Below, piece by piece: positions 9,441 to 16,161 of a DNA stretch of 24,928 bases. The notes beneath the pieces are model-generated. The model was not told the origin of the DNA. It saw only the letters and a program-made list of their open reading frames with translations, and searched no databases. The number at the start of each line of letters is the position of its first letter. Positions within the stretch are counted from its first letter, which is position 1. This stretch comes from Spirochaetaceae bacterium (GTDB lineage Bacteria; Spirochaetota; Spirochaetia; DSM-2461). The stretch spans positions 1 to 24,928 of the forward strand of contig JAOPTT010000007.1 in assembly GCA_051531975.1 (NCBI GenBank), read 5' to 3'. A program made the position numbers and the translations under genes.

Positions 9441-10571
9441 ATGAATAAAAAAGAACAGAGTTATGCAATGGATAGATTTAAGGTAGATGATGGGGATAAT
9501 CCCTTTTTTACCTTATTTAGATATAGTCCGATTAAAGGTTTAGGTTATGAACCGGGGATAGGTAGACGGGATCCAAGTAATATTATTAAAGTCCAGGAGA
9601 CGTATTATCTTTGGTACACCAGGATTAGTGGGGAAAAACCTGTAGGTGTTCCAAAGTCTAATGAGGCTAGAAGAGCCTATAAGTGGGATCTGGCAGAAAT
9701 TTGGTATGCAACATCAAAAGATGGTGTGGATTGGGAAGAGCAGGGTGTCGCTGTAAAAAGAGGTCAAAAAGGTTGTTTTGATGATCGAAGTGTTTTTACT
9801 CCTAATATTTTAGTTGCAGAGGGTAAATACTACTTAGTTTATCAAGCTGTTAAGGCACCATATGTTCACAGAACTAAAAATGTAGCTGCTATGGCTGTAT
9901 CGGATTCTCCAGAAGGTCCATGGACGAAGTTTGATTCACCTGTTTTGAAGCCAGATGATAGTGGTATCTGGTTTGGAGATGAACTGGATGAAGAAGTTGA
10001 GTGGACTAAAGTTGAAACTCCAGGTGCCTGGGATAGTATGAAAATTCATGATCCAGGATTCCTTGTAAGAGACGGGAAATACTGGCTCTATTATAAAGGA
10101 CAGCAGATAGGAAAACATCCCTGGGAATCAAAATGGGGAGTCGCCGTAGCTGATAAGCCAGAAGGACCCTATGTAAAAAGTTTGCTAAATCCTATAACCA
10201 ACAGTGGTCATGAGATTTGGATGTGGCCTTATAAAGGCGGTGTATGCGCTATGGTTGACTGGGCTGGACCTGAAAAAAATACAATTCAATATTCTGAAGA
10301 TGGATTAAACTTTGAAGTTGTCTCAGCTGTGGAGAACATTCCACCAGCAGGTGGAGCTTATATTCCAGACCTTTTTACCAATACAAAAGATGGAAAAGGA
10401 TTCACATGGGGATTATGCCATCACAGTGATGATGAATGGGATTTTTTAGTTCGTTTTGATTGTGACTTAGAACGGGGAAAAGAGAAAGATTTTATTACTG
10501 TATATAATGATTATGCAAAAATTAAAGCTGTTTATGCAAATAGAGAACTTTTTTATGCAGAAAATAATTAG
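9441..10571 (+). CDS. GH117 family glycoside hydrolase (putative alpha-1,3-(3,6-anhydro)-L-galactosidase / neoagarooligosaccharide hydrolase), cytoplasmic
   Basis: GH117 N-terminal SxAxxR signature (SYAMDR). Catalytic motifs RRDPS and NSGHE, plus WYATSKDG, DRSVFTP, YQAVKAPY, KIHDP and GPEKNT. No signal peptide. Confidence 0.88.
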   Translation: MNKKEQSYAMDRFKVDDGDNPFFTLFRYSPIKGLGYEPGIGRRDPSNIIKVQETYYLWYTRISGEKPVGVPKSNEARRAYKWDLAEIWYATSKDGVDWEEQGVAVKRGQKGCFDDRSVFTPNILVAEGKYYLVYQAVKAPYVHRTKNVAAMAVSDSPEGPWTKFDSPVLKPDDSGIWFGDELDEEVEWTKVETPGAWDSMKIHDPGFLVRDGKYWLYYKGQQIGKHPWESKWGVAVADKPEGPYVKSLLNPITNSGHEIWMWPYKGGVCAMVDWAGPEKNTIQYSEDGLNFEVVSAVENIPPAGGAYIPDLFTNTKDGKGFTWGLCHHSDDEWDFLVRFDCDLERGKEKDFITVYNDYAKIKAVYANRELFYAENN

Positions 10572-10616
10572 ATAAAACAGTAAATAAATAATATTATATA
10601 ATTTTGCAAACTATGT

Positions 10617-10634
10617 ATTGTTAACAATTGACAG
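10617..10634 (+). promoter_or_regulatory. Putative GntR operator and internal promoter element upstream of the cycloisomerase
   Basis: Perfect palindrome ATTGTTAACAAT (10617-10628) extended by TGACAG; contains TTGACA (10628-10633). A matching -10 box is not obvious. Confidence 0.65.
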
Positions 10635-10683
10635 TATACGGTTTGTGAATGTAAGTATCACCATAAGATAAACGGAGTTAAAT

Positions 10684-11787
10684 ATGGAAAATAAATCCAC
10701 AATTACTAAATTGAATACACAATACTTTAAAGTTCCATTAAGTGAAGCATTGGTTGATGCGGTTCATGGTACACATACCCATTTTGAACTAATTACGGTT
10801 ACTATCGTATTGTCGGATGGAACCGAAGGTACTGGATATACATATACAGGCGGGACTGGTGGAAAAGCAATTTATCAGGTTATAGAGCACGATTTAAAAC
10901 CGTGGATTATTGGAAAAGACGGTAGTCAGATTGAAGGATTATGGGAGGCCATGGGGTGGAAAATCCATTATGTTGGAAGAGGTGGTATAACATCTTTTGC
11001 TATTTCTGCTATAGATATTGCACTCTGGGATATCCGAGCAAAAAAAATTAATCAGCCTTTATGGAAACTTGCTGGTGGGGCGGATAATTCATGTAAAGCT
11101 TATTATGGCGGAATTGATCTTGATTTCCCGTTGGAAAAATTATTATCAAATATCCAACATCAGCTAAATAATGGTCATAGGGCTATCAAAATAAAACTGG
11201 GGAAAGAACATCTATCTGAAGATCTTGAGAGAGTGAAAGCTGTTAGAGAAATGATAGGTCCCGATGTTGTCTTTATGGTTGATGCAAATATGTCTTGGAC
11301 TGTTGAAAAGGCTATAAAAGCAGTGAAAGAACTGGAAAAATATAATATATTCTGGCTCGAGGAACCAACAATCCCAGATGATTATTACGGAATTGCACAG
11401 ATTGCAGATTCATCATCCGTTGCCCTTGCTATGGGAGAAAATCTTCATACAATATATGAACATAAACATGCATTACAGTTCAGTAAAATAAGTTTCATAC
11501 AGCCCGATGCCTCTAATATCGGTGGTATTACTGGTTGGCTTAAAGTTGCAAACTTAGCAGAAGCTTTCAATATTCCAGTCTGTTCTCATGGTATGCAGGA
11601 GCTACATGTAAGTCTTCTCTCTGCTGTTCCACACTCGGGATATTTGGAAATACACAGTTTTCCAATAGATCAATATACGGAAAATCCCATCAAAGTTGAA
11701 TGTGGAAGAGTCAAAGCTCCAGATACACCTGGAACTGGAGTTGTTTTTAATTGGGAAAAACTAAATCCCTTCAAAATTGAGCTATAA
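10684..11787 (+). CDS. 3,6-anhydro-L-galactonate cycloisomerase (mandelate racemase / enolase superfamily)
   Basis: MR-subgroup motifs KIK, DAN, WLEEP, GEN, QPD and CSH. Segments HGTHTHFELIT, GTGYTYTGG, IHYVGRGGI, GGIDLDFPLEKLL, GENLHT, HGMQELHVSL and LEIHSFPID closely match the Vibrio AHG cycloisomerase as I recall it. Flanked by two GH117 genes. Confidence 0.85.
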   Translation: MENKSTITKLNTQYFKVPLSEALVDAVHGTHTHFELITVTIVLSDGTEGTGYTYTGGTGGKAIYQVIEHDLKPWIIGKDGSQIEGLWEAMGWKIHYVGRGGITSFAISAIDIALWDIRAKKINQPLWKLAGGADNSCKAYYGGIDLDFPLEKLLSNIQHQLNNGHRAIKIKLGKEHLSEDLERVKAVREMIGPDVVFMVDANMSWTVEKAIKAVKELEKYNIFWLEEPTIPDDYYGIAQIADSSSVALAMGENLHTIYEHKHALQFSKISFIQPDASNIGGITGWLKVANLAEAFNIPVCSHGMQELHVSLLSAVPHSGYLEIHSFPIDQYTENPIKVECGRVKAPDTPGTGVVFNWEKLNPFKIEL

Positions 11788-11790
11788 TAA

Positions 11791-11847
11791 GATAATTATG
11801 GAGTTCAAGGATATACAATTACAGTTGATGGAGGCTGGTTAATTTGA
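11791..11847 (+). pseudogene. 3' remnant of a kduD-like short-chain dehydrogenase gene
   Basis: The intergenic bases translate to DNYGVQGYTITVDGGWLI-stop, matching the KduD C-terminus (DYVNGYTIAVDGGWLAR). Its TGA overlaps the next gene's ATG (TGATG). Confidence 0.75.
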
Positions 11848-13085
11848 TGAAAAAAAAGAATATATTTCCTGCACAATACCCTACAAAAAAACCAACAAAT
11901 ATTGATTTGAGTCCTGCAATGGAGAGAATCTATGATTATTGGGATGCTACAGATGATAGAAATAATGAATTTTTTACAAATTTTAAGTATTCACGTATCA
12001 CTGGAATTGGAAAAGAAAAATCTGTATCCCGGAGAGATGCTTCTAAGATCTTAAAAAAAGATGATAATTATTATGTCTGGTATACTAGAAGAGAGACCGA
12101 CTGTCCTCCTGTAGGAATGGATAAATGCACTGATGAATTTCCTGCAGTTGACTGGGACTTGGCTGATATTTATTATGCCACCAGTAAAGATGGATTTGAC
12201 TGGCAGGAGCAGGGTATTGCCGTTGGTCGTTCACCTAAAGGTGAATATGGAGACAGGTCTGTAACAACTCCAGATATTCTCTATTATAAAGAGAAATATT
12301 ATCTCTATTATCAATCTTTTACAGGCAGGTTTACACCTGAAAAGGGAGACTATTGTGATGTAAGTATGTCATGGTCTGATTCTATTTGTGGACCATGGAT
12401 AAAATGTGAAAAATCAGTTGTTGATCTAGGTTCAGAAAATGATTGGGATGGCGGAGCAATACATGATCCTTATCCCCTAGTATATCAGGGTAAAATATGG
12501 ATGTTTTATAAAGGGCAACCAATAAAAAATGGAAGGGATTGTATGATTAGAGCTCAGGGTGTAGCTATCGCCGAAGACCCACTTGGTCCATATGTTAAAC
12601 ATGACCTAAATCCTCTGTTAAACTCAGGACATGAAACCTGCCTATACCCATATAAACAGGGGATAGCAGCTCTACTTATCTTTGACGGTCCAGAAAAAAA
12701 TACGGTACAGTTTGCTCCTGATGGTATTAATTTTGAGCCAAAAGCTTCAGTTCAGTTACCACCGATAGCTCCAGGACCATTCTGTCCTGACGCATTTGCC
12801 GATAATGGTGATGGTAAGGGCATATCATGGGGTTTGTGTCATATGGGTGCTAATACTGTCTCTCCTGATAGCGAGAGGAAAATTGTTGAACACTCCTCTT
12901 TCCTCGCTCGTTTCGACTGTGATCTACATGTTAATATAGATAGACAGTATTTTAAAAATCCCCATGACCACGTGGGGCGTTTTGGTGAAGAAGTTTTTTT
13001 TCAGGAAAAGATGATGCTGGAAGATGAACCCAAAAATAAAATTATTACTGAAAGTAGTTTGCTAGATAGCGAAACGATTATATAA
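11847..13085 (+). CDS. Second, divergent GH117 family glycoside hydrolase, cytoplasmic
   Basis: LSPAMER (SxAxxR), SRRDAS, WDLADIYYATSKDG, DRSVTTPDIL, IHDPYP, NSGHET and RFDCDL. No hydrophobic signal peptide. GGAGG at 11830-11834; start is TTG 11844 or ATG 11847. Confidence 0.85.
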   Translation: MKKKNIFPAQYPTKKPTNIDLSPAMERIYDYWDATDDRNNEFFTNFKYSRITGIGKEKSVSRRDASKILKKDDNYYVWYTRRETDCPPVGMDKCTDEFPAVDWDLADIYYATSKDGFDWQEQGIAVGRSPKGEYGDRSVTTPDILYYKEKYYLYYQSFTGRFTPEKGDYCDVSMSWSDSICGPWIKCEKSVVDLGSENDWDGGAIHDPYPLVYQGKIWMFYKGQPIKNGRDCMIRAQGVAIAEDPLGPYVKHDLNPLLNSGHETCLYPYKQGIAALLIFDGPEKNTVQFAPDGINFEPKASVQLPPIAPGPFCPDAFADNGDGKGISWGLCHMGANTVSPDSERKIVEHSSFLARFDCDLHVNIDRQYFKNPHDHVGRFGEEVFFQEKMMLEDEPKNKIITESSLLDSETII

Positions 13086-13105
13086 GAAAATTGGAGGAAG
13101 ATAAT

Positions 13106-15016
13106 ATGGTGTACGGTATTAGAAACAGAATATTAAGAGTAAATTTAACTACTAAGGAAATATCAGTAGAAAACCCTGGTGAAGAAATATTTAAAAAATA
13201 TATAGGTGGGAAAACCCTAGGAGCCTATTATCTGAATAAGGAGGTAGACCCTAAGTGTGACCCCCTATCTCCTGAGAATAAAGTTTTTGTATTTCTTAGT
13301 CCATTAACAGGAGCTCCTATTCCTGGAACTTCCCGTTTTTCTGTACTCTCCAAATCTCCCATCTCAGATGCTTTTGGTGATGGAGAAGCGGGTGGTTTTT
13401 TTGGCCCAGAACTAAAATTTGCTGGCTTTGATGGTATCATCATTGAAGGGAAGTGTGATTCTCCTTGTTATCTCTCAATTATTGATGATGATATTCAAAT
13501 TAAAGATGCAGCTAATCTTTGGGGAAAAGATACGGGAGTTGTTGAAAAACTGATCCGTGAAGAAAATGAACAACCTAGAATGAGAGTACTCCAGACAGGT
13601 CCTGCTGGGGAAAATATGGTACGTTTCGCCGCTTTGACAAATGAGCTTAAACACTGGAATGGTCGATGTGGTCATGGTGCGGTTTTTGGTTCAAAAAACC
13701 TTAGGGCGATCGCGGTTAAAGGTTCTAGCAAAATTGTAATGAAAAACGGGGCCGCAGTTAAAGAGTATATAAAAGAATTTTCTGCTAATGCTAGAGAAAG
13801 TCAGGCTCTTAAAGATTTTGGTAATTGTGGAACTTCTGGTTTAGTGGAAATTTTAAGTGATATGGGAATTCTTCCTACAGAAAACTTCGCAAAAGGTTCA
13901 TTTGATCATGCTAAAGATATTGATGGTATAAAAATGAACAATGAACTTCTAGTAAAGAGAGAGAGTTGTTTTGCCTGTCCTGTACGTTGCAAGAGGGTTG
14001 TTGAATCTAAAGATGAAAAAATGCCTATCGACAAAGATTATGGTGGCCCTGAATATGAAACTCTTGGAGCACTAGGTTCTAATTGTGGTATTAAAGATAT
14101 TAAAACTGTCTGTAAGGCTAATGAATTATGTGGCCGATATGGTATGGATACAATTGGTGCAGGTATGACGATTGGTTTTGCCATAGAGTGTTATCAGAAA
14201 GGCTTTCTTACAAAAGAAGATACAGGTGGTTTGGAACTGAAATTTGGTGACGGTGAACTTCTTCTGCAGTTGCTGGAAATGATTGGAAAACGTGAAGGTT
14301 TTGGTGATGTTTTAGCAGAAGGAAGTTACCGTCTATCTGAAAAGCTTGGTGAAGAGACAAAAGCATTCTGTATGACTTCAAAAAAGATGGAGTTTGCCGC
14401 TCATGAGCCCCGTGGGAAATGGAATGTTGGTCTTGGATATGCCCTTTCTCCAAATGGAGCTGATCATGTTGTTGTTGAACATGATCACGGTTTTATTGGA
14501 GAACCGGATATAACAGATGATAAACAAAGTGGCGATCTGATTTATCCACTCTTTAAGTTTGGGATAAGAAAATCAATTGATCCTTTGAGTCTTGATAATG
14601 ATAAACTTAGACTGTTTGTAGTTCTGCAGAAACTTTGGTGTCTTTGTGATACTCTCGACGTCTGTATATTCCTAGCTGCTCCAAGTAGAAGGTTCTCATC
14701 TATTGAAGATCTACTTAATGCTTTAAATAACATTACAGGATGGGATCTTAGTCTTATTGAATTGATGCAAGTAGGTGAAAGAGCTACTGTTCTAGCAAGA
14801 CATTTTAATGCTCGCTGTGGAATAACTTCTAAAGATGAAACATTACCAGATCGATCTTTTGAGCCTCTGGAAAATGGACCTCTAAAAGGGATTGCCATAG
14901 ACCGAGAAGCGTTTGAAAAAGCTAAACGACTCTATTACCAGATGACAGGAATGGACAATGAAGGCAGGCCTTTAGATGGTAAAATGGTGGAGATGCAACT
15001 TGAGGAACTGATGTAG
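13106..15016 (+). CDS. aor: Aldehyde:ferredoxin oxidoreductase family protein (tungstopterin, 4Fe-4S)
   Basis: ILRVNLT, YIGG, DPLSPEN, GGFFGPELKFAGFDGIIIEGK, GPAGENMVRFA and GAVFGSKNLRAIAV. Fe-S ligands CFACPVRC plus the distal DTLDVC. Also GPEYET, GMDTI and GADH. GGAGG at 13093-13097 favours ATG 13106 over TTG 13091. Confidence 0.93.
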   Translation: MVYGIRNRILRVNLTTKEISVENPGEEIFKKYIGGKTLGAYYLNKEVDPKCDPLSPENKVFVFLSPLTGAPIPGTSRFSVLSKSPISDAFGDGEAGGFFGPELKFAGFDGIIIEGKCDSPCYLSIIDDDIQIKDAANLWGKDTGVVEKLIREENEQPRMRVLQTGPAGENMVRFAALTNELKHWNGRCGHGAVFGSKNLRAIAVKGSSKIVMKNGAAVKEYIKEFSANARESQALKDFGNCGTSGLVEILSDMGILPTENFAKGSFDHAKDIDGIKMNNELLVKRESCFACPVRCKRVVESKDEKMPIDKDYGGPEYETLGALGSNCGIKDIKTVCKANELCGRYGMDTIGAGMTIGFAIECYQKGFLTKEDTGGLELKFGDGELLLQLLEMIGKREGFGDVLAEGSYRLSEKLGEETKAFCMTSKKMEFAAHEPRGKWNVGLGYALSPNGADHVVVEHDHGFIGEPDITDDKQSGDLIYPLFKFGIRKSIDPLSLDNDKLRLFVVLQKLWCLCDTLDVCIFLAAPSRRFSSIEDLLNALNNITGWDLSLIELMQVGERATVLARHFNARCGITSKDETLPDRSFEPLENGPLKGIAIDREAFEKAKRLYYQMTGMDNEGRPLDGKMVEMQLEELM

Positions 15017-15086
15017 ACAAAATATAAAAAACTGCATAGTAAATCTTATTAATAATATTTAGATTATGAAAAAGTGGAAATAACTT

Positions 15087-15116
15087 GATGGAGTATAAAA
15101 TTATATATACTCCATC
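15087..15116. terminator. Inverted repeat between the convergent aor and antiporter genes
   Basis: GATGGAGTATA (15087-15097) and TATACTCCATC (15106-15116): perfect 11 bp. Confidence 0.6.
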
Positions 15117-15153
15117 TGCTATTTTAAATTGGGATTAAACTGGTGGGTTACTT

Positions 15154-16089
15154 TTAAATAAGCTCGTACTGTTTTAAGTTGTAATAAACATACATAAGTA
15201 GGAATAGGAATCCATATATTCTGTATACTTTTTTAGCCTGAGCAATAATCATAAAAATTAGAGTAGACATTAATAACATTGGTAAAGTGAATGAAATAAT
15301 ACTTTTAGGAATTATTAAATTACTCATCATAGCTGGGATACCCATAACAGCTAATATGTTAAAAAGATTTGAACCTAATACGTTACCAACAGCCATCTCG
15401 TTTTGACCTTTTCGGCCAGCTTGAATTGTAACCATTAATTCTGGTAGAGAAGTCCCTAATGCAACAGCTGTAGAGGCAACAATTTCATTACCAACTCCGA
15501 TAAAAGCTGCGATCTCTGTAATTGCTATTATTAAATATTTTGAACTTATATATATTCCGATGGGGGTTAAAATAAGTAAAATCCAGTCTTTTGCAGTTGG
15601 AATATGGGCTTTCTCGTTAATTAATTCTTCTATTGAACCATCTTTTAATGATCTGTATAGATATAAAAGTAACATTATTAGACAGATTATTCCTTCACCA
15701 AAAGTAAAGTTTAAATCCATAACTGCAATAGATATATATCCTGTTGCTAATAGTAAAAATGGAAGGTCTGTTTTCATTATGTCGTGCTTAATTTCAAAAC
15801 TTTTAGAGAATAGAGCTGATGCACCAAAAACAAGGAACATATTAGCAATGTTTGAACCAAAAACATTACCAACAACCATCTCCGTTTTTCCAATTGAAAC
15901 AGCCATAATCGAAGTAACTAACTCTGGTAAAGATGTCCCAATTCCTACTAATATCACACCAATAACAAATGATGGTAGTTTTAAGAACTTACCAATACTA
16001 TCTGCGGCTTCTATAAATTTATCTGACGCCCAGACAAGTATAGCAACACCTACTATAAAAATAACTATTTGTAATAATAAATCTGTCAT
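15154..16089 (-). CDS. yrbG: Calcium/sodium antiporter (CaCA family, YrbG-like)
   Basis: Two alpha-repeats, GTSLPEL...GNVFGSNIAN and GTSLPEL...GNVLGSNLFN, with about 10 TM segments. Confidence 0.92.
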   Translation of the reverse strand: MTDLLLQIVIFIVGVAILVWASDKFIEAADSIGKFLKLPSFVIGVILVGIGTSLPELVTSIMAVSIGKTEMVVGNVFGSNIANMFLVFGASALFSKSFEIKHDIMKTDLPFLLLATGYISIAVMDLNFTFGEGIICLIMLLLYLYRSLKDGSIEELINEKAHIPTAKDWILLILTPIGIYISSKYLIIAITEIAAFIGVGNEIVASTAVALGTSLPELMVTIQAGRKGQNEMAVGNVLGSNLFNILAVMGIPAMMSNLIIPKSIISFTLPMLLMSTLIFMIIAQAKKVYRIYGFLFLLMYVYYNLKQYELI

Positions 16090-16103
16090 AGCATATATTA
16101 TAT

Positions 16104-16137
16104 AAAAAAAAGCTACAACTTAATAGTTGTAGCTTTT
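16104..16137 (-). terminator. Rho-independent terminator of oadGAB
   Basis: AAAAGCTACAACT (16108-16120) and AGTTGTAGCTTTT (16125-16137) with a 4-nt loop, and an 8-T run downstream on the minus strand. Confidence 0.85.
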
Positions 16138-16161
16138 AATTTAATATTTAAATAGTTATTT

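Noticed and set aside
10684..11787. Generic mandelate racemase, or carrageenan (D-AHG) pathway interpretation
   Set aside because: The sequence matches the L-AHG cycloisomerase type and the flanking hydrolases are GH117, not the GH127/GH129 enzymes used for D-AHG release.
11785..11847. Stop-codon read-through fusing the cycloisomerase to the in-frame kduD-like tail
   Set aside because: Two consecutive TAA stops (11785-11790) separate them, and the cycloisomerase is already full length.
9441..13085. GH43/GH32 assignment for the two beta-propeller hydrolases
   Set aside because: They share the fold, but SxAxxR, RRD and NSGHE point to GH117.
15067..15084. Tiny ORF ATGAAAAAGTGGAAATAA (MKKWK) after aor
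   Set aside because: Five codons, no RBS and no recognisable homology; expected by chance in AT-rich DNA.
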